Below, one piece after another: positions 1-11,626 of a stretch of 64,000 bases of DNA (positions within the stretch are counted from its first letter, which is position 1; each line of letters opens with the position of its first letter). This DNA comes from the human T2T-CHM13v2.0 reference genome, Homo sapiens: NCBI RefSeq assembly GCF_009914755.1, contig NC_060944.1; one strand, 5' to 3'. A program made the position numbers and the translations under genes. The notes under the pieces are model-generated. The model saw only the letters and a program-made list of their open reading frames with translations. It made no database searches and was not told the DNA's origin.

Positions 1-164
1 ATGATGATGAGCCCAACACAAGGTGGCCTGTTCCAGGCTCTCCGGCATCTGAAAACTGAAATAAGGTGGACTTTTTGACTTAATTCTTGCCCACCTGGGC
101 AGCCCAGAGGTCTCACAGGGGCAGTAATTTTGCTCATGAACACAGCCTCATTTTGGTGCAATTC

Positions 165-390
165 AGGATAGTGGTGAAGAATGTGGGCCATGCAGCCGCA
201 TTACCTGGGTCCAAGTGCCAGTTCTGTCAGGCTGTGTGACCTTGGGAAACTGACTTGGCCTCTCTGTGTCTTTGTTTCATTTGTAAAACAGGAAGCATAA
301 GAATACCTGCAACTTTTGAGTTAATGCTTAAGGAACTTATAAACAGGGCTTGCAAGTATATAAATATTAGCAAATTGTTACCATTATTAC
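165..390 (+). mobile_element. MIR SINE
   Basis: Core GCTGTGTGACCTTGGGAAACTGACTTGGCCTCTCTGTG...TGTAAAA. Confidence 0.75.
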
Positions 391-1249
391 TGTTGCATTA
401 ATCTAATAACCATGTTGAAAATACAATTCTTCCTGTCGGCTTCTTAAAAAATATATTCGCATACATATGCATAATTTTATATGAAAAGGGTATTATAAAC
501 AGGATTTTACTTCCTTATCTTCCTGGTTGCCTTTCTGTAAAAGATACACATCCTTCCATCCTTTTCTCCAACCTAATGTCACCTTATACATATAACACAC
601 GTGTATATTATGGTTATTGTTTATTTTCCAAAAGAACTGTGTTACATATACCTCTCAGCATCCTACTTTTCATATGAGGACCACGTGAAAATCCCCCCAA
701 GTTACTGGGGAGGTCCCTCTGCCTCAATGACTGTGAAATCAAAGACCTGCCCCCACCCCAACCACCCGTGGCATTTCTCCCTAGTGTGAGACTAGGAGTA
801 CAGAATCTTTTAAAACAGAAAAAAAAATAGTGACAACAAAAAACCACAGTTTCTTGTTTGGCAAGCGGAGCTCCAATGAGAAGAAAAACTTTTGTCTCCT
901 CCCTCCAAAAAGCAGAACCACAGAAAGCATTCTGGGAGCTTTCTGCCCACAATCCCTGTTCCTCAGAGACTCCCATCCTGGTCGGTTCCGGGCAGACCCT
1001 CTGTGTCTCTATAGCTCTCTGTCCTCAGCCACGGGGAGACCTTCGAGGAGCTGCTGACCAACTCCCACCCACCGGCCTCTCTGCCCACCCACCCAGGCCC
1101 TCTCTTCTCTTTCGACCACTGCCCAGCTGACACACCCCATCATGGGAGTTACTGGCACCTGCCCCTGAGGTGCCTCCCCTTGGCAGGTGGGCCCAAGGTC
1201 TACTCAGCCTCCTCTAGGGGAGTGGGGGGCAAGCTTCACCACATCCCTG

Positions 1250-1400
1250 TGACGCAGGTGCTACACTGTGCCCGTTGGACAGATGTGGAAACTGAGGCAC
1301 AGAGCAAGTCAGTGATCAGCCCAAGGTCACCTACAGTCCAAGTGGAAGAAGCCTGGATTTGAACACCAGCAGCATGACTCCAGAGCCTCACTCAACCCTC
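1250..1400 (-). mobile_element. MIR SINE
   Basis: ACAGATGTGGAAACTGAGGCACAGAG...CCCAAGGTCAC...GGATTTGAAC is the reverse MIR core. Confidence 0.75.
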
Positions 1401-1619
1401 GTGCCATGAACAGACCCGGAGCCCAGAGCAAGAACTCGGCAGCCTGCCATTTCTATCCGTCCACAGTTCTTCCCATTCTGTGGAGAAAAGAATGGGAGTC
1501 ACAGAGGGCAAGTAACAGGAGGAAGCGCAGGCGGAGGTGAAACATCACACAGACCTGGGTTCAAATCCCAGTTCTGCCACCTTAATAAATCATGTGCCAA
1601 GCCCTTCTTGGATCAGCCA

Positions 1620-1830
1620 AAGGCGGTCTATCAAGTGGCTGGGGACATGAGTTGTGGGGTCAGGCAGCCTAGGATCAAATCCTGGCAATGCTGTCCACCT
1701 GACCCAGAGCAGCTCACTTAGATTCACTTTGCCTCAGTTTCCTCACCTCTCAATGGGGATAAAAACAGCATCCCCTTCATAAAGAAAATTAAATGAGTTG
1801 ACACATGCAAAGTGCTTAGAATGGCAAGTG
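1620..1830 (+). mobile_element. MIR SINE
   Basis: GGATCAAATCCTGGC...GCCTCAGTTTCCTCACCT...AAAGTGCTTAGAA. Confidence 0.7.
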
Positions 1831-2369
1831 ATGAATCAAAGTCAGTTCCTGCACAGCAATGACTGTCATTGTTTTCATCATGACTAACGCTGCCCAGAGC
1901 ACACGGGGAGTACCCCACATAGCCAGGGCCTCGAAATGATTCGAGCCAAGGTTCTGAGTCAAAACCCCAGGCACTGTTTCCCCCAAGACCGATCCAGCAT
2001 CTCTGTGAAAGGGCTGTCCTTGCCTTTTCATGATTATTTAATAAACACACGCAAAACACCAAACTCAGAGGACTCCCTGGAGATGAGGGAGGGAGTGCAA
2101 CCCAGTTCCTGAAGGAGATGGGGAAAGATGGGAAGATTCTCAAGGAACCACAAAGCCCTCGGCCTGGAACCAAACAAAACCACTGGTTCCTGTGGCCGGA
2201 GTTTAGGGTGTCAAAAGGAAACTCACTCAGAGCCCCCATCCTCCTCTCAGTGCTGACTTAACTCAGACCTCACTTCCTCCAGGAAGCCCTCTCTGATCAC
2301 CCCTGCTCTCTGGATGCTGAAGTCCCACAACCCTAATTATCTGTATTATTTAATTTTCCTACAACAACA

Positions 2370-2585
2370 ATAATAACCAATATTTATATACCTTACTGCC
2401 AGACACTGTTCTAAGTGCTTTACATCAATTTCTATAACTCACTTATCTTCTTTAAAAACCTATAAAATAGGACCTATTAACATCCCTCTTTTTACAAATA
2501 AGGCTCAAACAGGTTAAGGTGTTTGCCCAAGGTCACAAGTCCAAGGATTTAACCTCAAGCAGTCTGGCTCCAGAGCCTTGCACTT
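2370..2585 (-). mobile_element. MIR SINE
   Basis: CACTGTTCTAAGTGCTTTACA...TTTGCCCAAGGTCACA...AGTCTGGCTCCAGAGCC. Confidence 0.75.
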
Positions 2586-4269
2586 GGATTGTTTTTTTTA
2601 AACACCCATTTGGCCATCCTCCACTACACCGTCCTCTCCTTGAGGACAGAAGCCACACATGGCCCCTATCACGGGGGTTACTTTCCACGGTTTCCATGGG
2701 CCGATGGGACCTTCACACCAAGGACACACGGAGACCAGGGTGGTCCTTTAAGGCCTGCCTCTAACCACATGGAAATAAAAGCAGGGAGGGATTACCGTGC
2801 ATTCTTCCAAGCCAGGAGACAGCAGGGAAAATCCCTTAGCAAATATAAAGGCTGAGAAGAGAGAGTGGGAAGACAGAAGAGAATCACAACCTGAGGCTGC
2901 CAGCCTTGCAACCATGGAAAGCCTTGGTAATTAGCAGTTCCTGAAGCTCTAAGCCCCAGGTTAGTTTTGAAAACGAAAATGCCTTGGGATGTTTAGGGGC
3001 CATTCCTGACGGGCCAAGATGAGAGAGGACTCCTGTGGCTCACAAACAACGTATGGCTGGTCAGGTTACACAATCCGTCTGTTTCTGGCACCAGCTTGGG
3101 GACACACAAAAGGCCCAGGCAGAAAGGAAGCCCGGATTCCCCGCTCCTTGTTTCACAGGTGGGGAAACTGAGGTCAGGACACGTAGCATGATTGGTCCAA
3201 GACACATGTCCAAGTCAGAACCAATTCATCTCAGAACTGACACATCAGATACAAAAAGAAAAATGTGATGAAGTCAGCAAATGTAAAGTGTTAAGGAGAT
3301 AATGTGAAAGTAGAGAAATCTTTTTTTTTCCTGTTTCTTGAATAATAAGAATGGTTGGCTCCAATCAATTTCCATTATTCCAGCTTCCTCCTACTCTACA
3401 CGTGGACGATTTAAAACCACAGTTAACTCAAACACAATCTAGATCTGTTCTAAAATGAAACACACCATCTAGGGCAGGGGCGTGGGAGGGAGAGGTATAT
3501 TTTCTTTCCCATTAATATCAAAATTGGTTTGTATTTCCTGTTTCTCTTCCAAGCAGAGGAGCATGGAGTGGCTCAGAAGGAGAAGTCAGGAGTTCCCTAG
3601 AATTTGACATTGCTCAGAGACACCAGGGTTGTCTACATGTTTAATTCAAAAACTGCCAGCTTCTAACAGAACAAATTCTTCCCCCACCCCCCACCCCCGA
3701 AACTGTGAGAGAAGAAGGGATGGGAAAGAAAGCCAATCCTGCCTTATTCTTACAGGCCTTCCTAGAAGGGTCCTTTAGCCAAATGGTTTTCAATGCTTCT
3801 GCACAACCCCCTCTCCCACATCCCCCTGCCCCCAGTACATCTCCTTTCACAGGCAGAAGGGCTCTAGTCTAAGGCTGTCTCCTCCCTGAGCTGGAACTCT
3901 GATCTCACACAGCCTCAGCTGCACCCCTAAGCCATGAGGAGCCCCAGAGGACCCCAGAGTCTCCCTCTTTCTCCCAAAGACTAGGAGCTACAAAGCCTGG
4001 CTCTAGGGTCTTTGAAAGAGCCACCCCCACACCAGCCCTTCCTGAACCAGGATTAAAAGACTTCCTAGAGCAGAGAAGGGGAGTAAATGAGGCCCCAGCA
4101 GGAGGCATGGAGATTAAAGACTTTAGAGTCTCCTAACTTCCATCCAAGGCTCTGCCCCGTCCCACCCCCTCCACCCGCTGGCCACTTTTCTCACTTCCTA
4201 GGAGAGTAGGGAAGTGGCCCCTTCCTCCCTCTCACAGAAAAAAAGCAAAAGAAAAATGCAGCATAGAAT

Positions 4270-4815
<546 letters not shown>

Positions 4816-5467
4816 TTTACAAAGTCTGAGGCCGTGGTTTTGCACTTGGAGATGGGGAGTTGGTGGGGGTGGATGCAGTTAGGGAGCCTGGACTGCCGAG
4901 TTTTGAGTTCGAAACCCACTCTCCCCGAACTCCAGCAAAAACCTGTGCATGGGGGATTCTACCCTGGGGTTCTGTCAATCCCCGCCCCTCCTCTGAGCTT
5001 CAGGTTTTATCCTACTCCATCAACGCGCAGGGACGTTGGGCTCTGGGGCTCCTACGGTATGTCCTAGATGAGTGGTGCACCGGGCGCGTAGTTATTCCTG
5101 GGAAAAAGACGCAGGAGCGCCAGCTCCCGGCGCCGCCGGGGTCCCCAAGCCCCTGCATCGCGGATGTAACTAATTTTAAAACTATTTGAAAGGCGGGGAC
5201 GGGGAAGAAAAGACAAAAGGGCAGCGCGCGCCGCGGGGAAGTGGAGTGCGGGAGAGCCCCGGTCGGAGCAGGACCGTGCGCCGGCCAGGGAGGGAGGCGA
5301 CGCGACAGCTCTGGAGGAGCTCGGATCCCCCCCGCTTTCCGCGCGCCCTGCGGGGCGCCCCCGAGGCAATTCTCCACCCACGGGGACCACGGCCACAGGT
5401 TGTGGGGACCGCAGCGGGGCGAGCGGCTGGAGGGAAAGCTGTCCCCAAGCTCCCGAGCGACACTCAC

Positions 5468-5686
5468 CGACTGCAAGAAGCGCAAGGTGCCCACGTAGTC
5501 CCTCTCGGTGCCCAAGATCTCGTTGAGGACGCAGAGGCGGAGGCGCAGCTGGCGCTCGGACTCCCGGGCGGCCGCGCACGGGCCGGGGCCGGAGCTGGGC
5601 GCCGCGGCGCCAGGGGCCCGGGGGTCCGGGTGGGCGCAGTCCCCGGCCCCGTCGCCGCCGGGCTCGCTGCCGCTGGGCGCCTCCAT
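5468..5686 (-). CDS. PREX1: P-Rex1 coding exon 1 (aa 1-73, N-terminus and start of the DH domain)
   Basis: Translates [73 protein letters not shown], recognised as the human P-Rex1 N-terminus with the DH helix-1 motif E(I/L)xxTExxYV. ATG context agaATGG is strong Kozak. The exon ends TCG|GTGAGT (canonical donor); 219 nt, phase 0. Confidence 0.97.
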
Positions 5687-5736
5687 TCTAGCGCGGCCGC
5701 GCGGCGCCGGCTCCTTCCGTCGCGCCGAGCGGCAAC

Positions 5737-5757
5737 TCAGGCGTCCAGGCGCCCCAT
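5737..5757 (-). promoter_or_regulatory. Candidate uORF (MGRLDA*) in the PREX1 5' leader
   Basis: ATG at 5757 in gggATGG context and TGA at 5739-5737. It is out of frame with the main ATG and ends 50 nt before it. Confidence 0.55.
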
Positions 5758-5846
5758 CCCGGACGGGGCGCGCCGGCGGGCCGGGCTCAGCGGCGGGCCG
5801 GGCTCCCGGCGCGGCGGGCGGGACTGGGGGCCGGGCGGCTGGGCCG

Positions 5847-5930
5847 GGGGCGGAGGCAGCGCGCGGGGGCCGGGCGAGGGGCGGGAGGGGGCGGCCCTCG
5901 GGGCTCCCAGACGGCTGGCCCCCCGCCCCC
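5847..5930. promoter_or_regulatory. GC-box (Sp1/KLF) cluster of the TATA-less PREX1 core promoter
   Basis: GGGGCGGAGG 5847-5856, GGGGCGGGAG 5878-5887 and CCCCGCCCCC 5921-5930, about 160-245 bp upstream of the ATG. Confidence 0.75.
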
Positions 5931-6354
5931 GCGCCAGGGACCGTCTGCCAAGTGCCACGCCGCGCTCGGCCGCAGAGGCGCTCTGCGCGTGCACGGGGCC
6001 CCTGGGGACGCGGCGCGGCGCTCGGCGCCTCCGTCGGAAGCTCGGGGGTCGGGCGGGAGCCTCCGGAAGGGCCCCGCGGAGCCGGGAGTCCGAGGCCGCG
6101 CGCACGCCGAACCGAGCGTACCAACTCCGCGCCCGGACGCGTGGCGCCCCCCCAACCCGCAGTCACCGCGGGCTACGCCACTCCCACCCGGCACACGCGA
6201 CACCCGCCGCGCGCAGGCTCCTGCTTGCAGGTCCGGCCGCTGCTCGGGCCAAGTAAACACCGGGCTGGGAAAGCTCGCTGCGGAGCCGCTCGGGGGCAAG
6301 CCAGCCCCGCCACGCGCGCCTCCGCGGCCCCGGGAAGTCAGGGGCGACCGCTGC

Positions 6355-6396
6355 CTGGGCAGTGACGGCCCCTCTCTGGGCAGTGACGGCCCCTCC
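6355..6396 (+). repeat. 21-bp tandem duplication (CTGGGCAGTGACGGCCCCTCY x2)
   Basis: Units 6355-6375 and 6376-6396 are 20/21 identical. Confidence 0.95.
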
Positions 6397-6759
6397 CGGG
6401 AACGCCGGGCCCTCGCGGTGCCCTCGGTGCTACCACGACCTTGGGAAGGAACATGCGTGGCGCGCGCTCGCTCTCACTTTTCTCTTTCCCGTTTCCTTTC
6501 CCATCTCTCTCTTTCCTTCCTTCCTTTTCTTTCTGAACTTCTTTGCCCCCTGACCCTGCCCTTTCCACCTTTCCCAGAAGAAATTATTACCTGCTCTTGA
6601 GTTATTGATCAAGTGGCAGGTACCCTGCCTGCTCCCCCTTCCATCCACCCACCCCATGGGATAAGGCCTTGGGAAACCCAGCTTCTTGTCAGGTTGCTCT
6701 GGGCAATGTTGATCATCACCCGCCTTATCGGAAGGTATGGAGAGGGGAGGAAGTTCTGG

Positions 6760-6970
6760 GGCCTAGAGTCAGCTGCTCAGGTTCAAATCCTAGCTCCCCA
6801 CTTGCTGGCCGGGTGGCCTTGGGCTGGTTTCCTTGCTTCAAGATCCTCAGTGTTTTCATCAGTATAACGGGAACGATCATGGTACCTAGCTCCAAGGTCC
6901 TCCCCGGGGTTCCATGGGAAGTACTTAGCACCTAGAAAGTTCTCTGTAAATGTTTGTTCTTACTATTATT
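6760..6970 (+). mobile_element. MIR SINE
   Basis: GGTTCAAATCCTAGCTC...GGCCTTGGGC...CCTCAGTGTTTTCATC. Confidence 0.65.
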
Positions 6971-7040
6971 GCATGTGTGAAGCCCAACACCTAGAAAGTT
7001 CTCTGTAAATGTTTGTTCTTACTATTATTGCATGTGTGAA
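6929..7040 (+). repeat. Perfect 53-bp direct repeat (period 59)
   Basis: 6929-6981 is identical to 6988-7040, with spacer GCCCAA. Confidence 0.97.
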
Positions 7041-7748
7041 CGGCCCTCTAAGCCTGGCCCCACTCTCAAATGGCCCATACAATCCCTAATCACCCGTGTT
7101 TCCGGACCAGAGATTGTATCGTCTCTGCAGGGGATAAAGTGATCCACATAGTATCCGCCTCTAGACTGTAGTCATTTTATGGACAGAAACATTGCTTATT
7201 TATTCCTGTTCCAAAAGCCTAGGATTTTCCTCCCATTGGCCTCTCAATACTGTAAGTGCCTAAGGACACAGGGAGAGAATGGGGTGGCTTCTGCCCTCTC
7301 TGACTTCTTTCTTTGGGATCATGGGCAAGGTAGCATTTGATCTGGGCCTTGGGCTGAGTGAAGTTCCCCTGGGCAGGGAGTAAAGGACATGAGATAGGTG
7401 AGCCTGTCACGCTTGGGTAGTGGAGTCAATTGTGTCCAAAGGTAGCTGGTTTTTTATTTATATTTTTATTCCTAATAAAGGCCTCTGGAGTATCTCTGCT
7501 TTGTGACTTTAAACTGTTCACGGTACCTTTCTGAGCCTCCGTTTCCTCATCTTTAAATTAATTCTGTCTACCACGAGGGGAGAACATGGCTGGAACATAA
7601 TGGACCATGGAATGAAGCGGGCTTGCATTTGTATCCCAGTCCAAATCCAACTGGCAGGGTAACCTTGGCCAAGACACGTTATTTCTCTGGGCCTCAGTCG
7701 TCTAATCTGTAAAAGGGGAGTCTTTGTGAGAGCGAATTCTATGCAATA

Positions 7749-8265
7749 CAGACTTTCTCAACCTTGGGACTATTGACATTTGGAGTCACATAACTCTTTG
7801 TTGGGGGAGGGGCGTGTCCTGTGCATTTCAGGACATTTAGCCGCGTCCCCTACCCACTAGATGCCAGTAGCACTCCCTCCCCAATCTGAGAATCAAAAAT
7901 GTCTCCAGGCTGGGCACAGTGGCTCCGGCCTCTAATCCCAGAATTTTAGGAGGTCCAAGTGGGAGGATTGTTTGATCCCAGAAGTTCAAGACCAGCCTGG
8001 GCAACATAGCAAGACCCTGTCTCTACAAAAAAATTTTAAAAATTAGCTGGGCATGGTGGCACACACCTGTAGTACCAGCTGCTGGGCTGAGGTGGGGAGC
8101 TTGCTTGAGCCCAGGAGGTCAGGGCTGCAAGTAAGCTGTGATCACACCACTGCACTCCAACCTGGACAACAGAGTAAGCCTTGCCTCAAAAATAAACAGA
8201 AAAAGTGTCTCCAGACATTGCCAGATATCCCTGGGGACAGAATTGCCCCCTGTTGAGAACCACTG
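7749..8265 (-). mobile_element. MER20 (hAT-Charlie DNA transposon) split by an Alu
   Basis: Terminal CAG...TTCTCAACC and TTGAGAACCACTG. Internal CCCACTAGATGCCAGTAGCAC and AAAAATGTCTCCAGACATTGCCA match the reverse complement of the MER20 consensus. Confidence 0.85.
7908..8200 (+). mobile_element. AluJ-like, inserted into MER20
   Basis: J-type GGGCAACATAGCAAGACC; TSD AAAA(A/G)TGTCTCCA at 7895-7907 and 8201-8213. Confidence 0.92.
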
Positions 8266-8739
8266 ATGTAAAGTACCTGACACACATAGCTGGCACAGAG
8301 TAGGTGCTCAACAAATGTTAGTTCCCTTCTCAGCCCATGACCAAGGAAGGTTAGCCTCAAGTTTACACACAAATCCCACATTTCACCCAAGAATTGGCCC
8401 ACACTGCCAAAAAACATTTCCACGTTGTGGATGGGTCCCATCTCTGGCCCACCCCAATGTTTTATACATCGTTACTTCCTCAGATTCTGCTGGGATCTTT
8501 TTCCCCTTCCATCCCCATCCCCAGTGGTAATGATGACACTAAAAGATAATACAGCGTTTAGTAACATACTTAAGCTCTCTGTGCCTTGCTTTCCTCATCT
8601 GTGAACTAAGAATAATATCAGTACCTACATCATAAAGTCGTTGCAAGGTTCCTGAGTGCATACATGGAGGGTGCTTAGAGCACACAGTAGGTGCTCAATA
8701 AGTGAAGTCTTTTACAATGCGTGGATTGAGTGCTGAATC

Positions 8740-9060
8740 TAATAGGATGCATTTGGCTGCAAGGAGAAGAAAACTGGGCTATTGATAGCTTAAAGCATAA
8801 GGACATTATTTAGCAAGAGGTCCAGAGGCAGTTGGTTCCTGAGGCTGGTGTAGGACTTCATGATGTCATCAAGGATCATGGCACCTTTGACCCTCCTATC
8901 CTCAGCATGGTGGCTTTTCCTCCCAAGCTTTAGGGCCTCAGAGGCACAAAATGGCTGCTGAAACAGCAACATTGCCTCCTCACACACCTCCAATGAAGGA
9001 AAGAAAAGTACGAAGAAGACTCTGTCTCCTCTGTGCTTCTCTCTTTGGGGGAATAAACTT
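8740..9060 (-). mobile_element. MLT1-family (MaLR) LTR fragment
   Basis: TTTGGCTGCAAG...AGGTCCAGAGGCAG...ATGTCATCAAGG...AAATGGCTGC pattern. Confidence 0.5.
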
Positions 9061-9389
9061 AAGCTCCCAGCAGGTCAGCACTAGAAGCCATGGTCACCCT
9101 TGAAAAGTCCCTGACCGAGGGCATAGATTGCCACCATCAACTTAGAAAAGACCTGCTTAGTCCCCTGGCACAAGGCTGCCCAGACAACTTGGAGATCTGT
9201 TGTCAAGAGAGAAGAGGAGCTAGCATGGTGGGCATCTATAAGTGTCGGCCACAAGCATCTACTACACACTGGGCATTGGGCGGGGTCCTGAGGCTGCAGC
9301 ACTGAGCACCCCAACAGCTGAGGCCCTTGTGCTGCCGGCATTATTCCAGCAAGGGGGATAGGTGAGGATGAAGACAAGTTCCTCCTCTC

Positions 9390-9525
9390 ATGCATTCAAC
9401 TATTATATACTGAGGGCCTCCTATGCTCCAGGCAGGGATACAGCAGTGAACAGAACAGATAAGGTCCCTGGCTTCCTGGTGTGTCCAGTCAAGAGCAGGG
9501 AGAGAAGGACAATAAATAAACAAGG
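9390..9525 (-). mobile_element. L2 3' fragment
   Basis: CATTCAAC...CCTCCTATGCTCCAGGC...ACAGCAGTGAACAGAACAGA. Confidence 0.65.
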
Positions 9526-10809
9526 TCCTTTCAGCTTCTCTAAGGCCTGCAAGGGATGGGCCTGGGGAAGCACCATTGGTTGGTGGCACCTCCAGGACTC
9601 TGCCTCAGGTCACTACCCCAGTGTCATGATTCAGCCATCAGGATTCAGCCAGGGGCCTCAGCCTTGGCGGGATCAGTGGGGACTCCCTCTCTTCAAAACC
9701 TGGCTGCCTCCCAGCTAATCCTGGCATAGGCAACTCCCTAAACCAAACATGACTAAGCAGTCAGGCTGGAGTAGATCTCTTCCTATCCCCATTTCAACTT
9801 TGACCTCTATTCCCTTCTTCCCCATCACCCGTCCGGAATATCTAGTGGGGAGCCTATCTGTCTCATGTGTATGTCAGGGCAGGGCCTGAAACAGCCGGCA
9901 GCTGGGTAACGTTCTCAAAAAGAACAGGGAGGAAGAAGAAAAAAAAAAAATTGCAGTTCAGGGGGAAGAAAAAAAAAGTGATGATAATGATAGGGAAATT
10001 CTCTTTTGCAGGGACAATTTTAGAGTTTCCGTTGCCATGTACTTTGCAAATAGTGGGAAATACCATTTCGTTTCTGTTACATAAGTTTCACAGTTGAGGG
10101 GGAGAAGATTCTGCTGCTTGGAAACATCAGAGTTTCTTATTCCCTGACAAGCCCCTGTCAGCTTCTGCAGGCTGAGGATTTGAAGGCCCCCTTCCCAAGC
10201 TCTGTTTAAAAGGAAAACTAATTAAGTTAAAGCAAGGAAAAACAAGTGATTTTCTTTCCCATCCCAAGTTGAATGAGCCAATTGAGAAGTGAGTTACTGC
10301 ACTGCCCGAGGGTGCCATCATTTCCCAAATGCAAATGAGTTCTCAAAAGTCAGACCAGCAGCCCAGAGCAGGGCTGTTCCTCATTCTGAGAACCAAGAGC
10401 AGCTGTCTGAGAAGAAGAGGGAGGCCTCTCCACCCTTGGAATTAGAGCAGCTGGACAACTCAAATCAACGCTGGACACACAGCCCAGGGTTCACTTCTTC
10501 CCACCAAAATATAATCGTCTTCCTAGTAGTTGAGCTACCCCCAGCTGCCCAAGTCAAAACGTCTCTAAGGGAAGCCTTGCTGTTGGAAGCACATTCTCCA
10601 GGGGGCTCTGGTTCAAGGTCTGATTTAAGCATAATAGGTATCCAATTAAGTCAGGGCTCCACAGCTTTGCCAAATCATACTTTTGCCAGGAGGCATTGGA
10701 GACACTGCTTTGAGGAAGCAGAAAGGAAAACATCTAGGACCCTCAGTTCCAATCCCACTCTGCCACCAACATGCACGACTTCTTCTCCAGCCTTTGGACA
10801 TTGTTGTAG

Positions 10810-11010
10810 CACCAGAGACCAGCTTCTCAGCTTCAAATCCCAGTCCCACTGCTTCCTAATTGTGTCACTTTGTGTAAGTGACTTAACCTCTCTGGGCTTC
10901 AATATCCATATCTGTAAAATGGGGTCAGTAAGAGCTTCTACCTCACAGCGTTGTTGTGCAGGTTAAAATATTTAATAGATCCAAAGTGCATAGTATGCTG
11001 CCCGATCCTT
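10810..11010 (+). mobile_element. MIR SINE
   Basis: TTCAAATCCCAG...AAGTGACTTAACCTCTCTGGGC...ATCTGTAAAATGGGG. Confidence 0.75.
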
Positions 11011-11228
11011 GGATGGGTGTTTGCTATTGTAAGTGGATGAAGCCATGATGTCTGGAGCTATGACAGCCATCTTGAGACCCTGAGATAGGACACTTCTAAC
11101 TAACTGAAGGTGCAAAATGACAGATGGAAAGAATCTGGATCTTTGATGTCACTGAGATCCTGAATTAACCAACCATGGAACCACCCTGCCTCTAGACTTC
11201 TTGTATTAAAAGATAATAAAATGTATAA

Positions 11229-11582
<354 letters not shown>

Positions 11583-11626
11583 TAAGCATTGACCTGACTT
11601 CTTGCTACTTTTAAAATGCAAATGCC

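Larger units (their letters stand above)
5060..6480. promoter_or_regulatory. PREX1: CpG island spanning the PREX1 promoter and exon 1
   Basis: Very GC-rich with abundant unmutated CpG (CGCG, GCGGCCGC), in sharp contrast to the CpG-depleted flanks. No TATA box seen. Confidence 0.95.

Noticed and set aside
5012-5467. In-frame read-through of exon 1 into intron 1 (384-aa ORF in the track)
   Set aside because: A canonical GTGAGT donor sits where P-Rex1 similarity ends; the continuation is GC-driven with no protein-like features.
5186-6600. Long + strand ORFs (356, 285 and 203 aa) antisense to PREX1 exon 1
   Set aside because: Non-ATG starts and low-complexity R/A/G/P composition; stop codons are rare in a GC-rich island, and no domain is recognisable.
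10289-10966. 225-aa + strand ORF
   Set aside because: GTG start, runs into a MIR, no recognisable domain or splice context.
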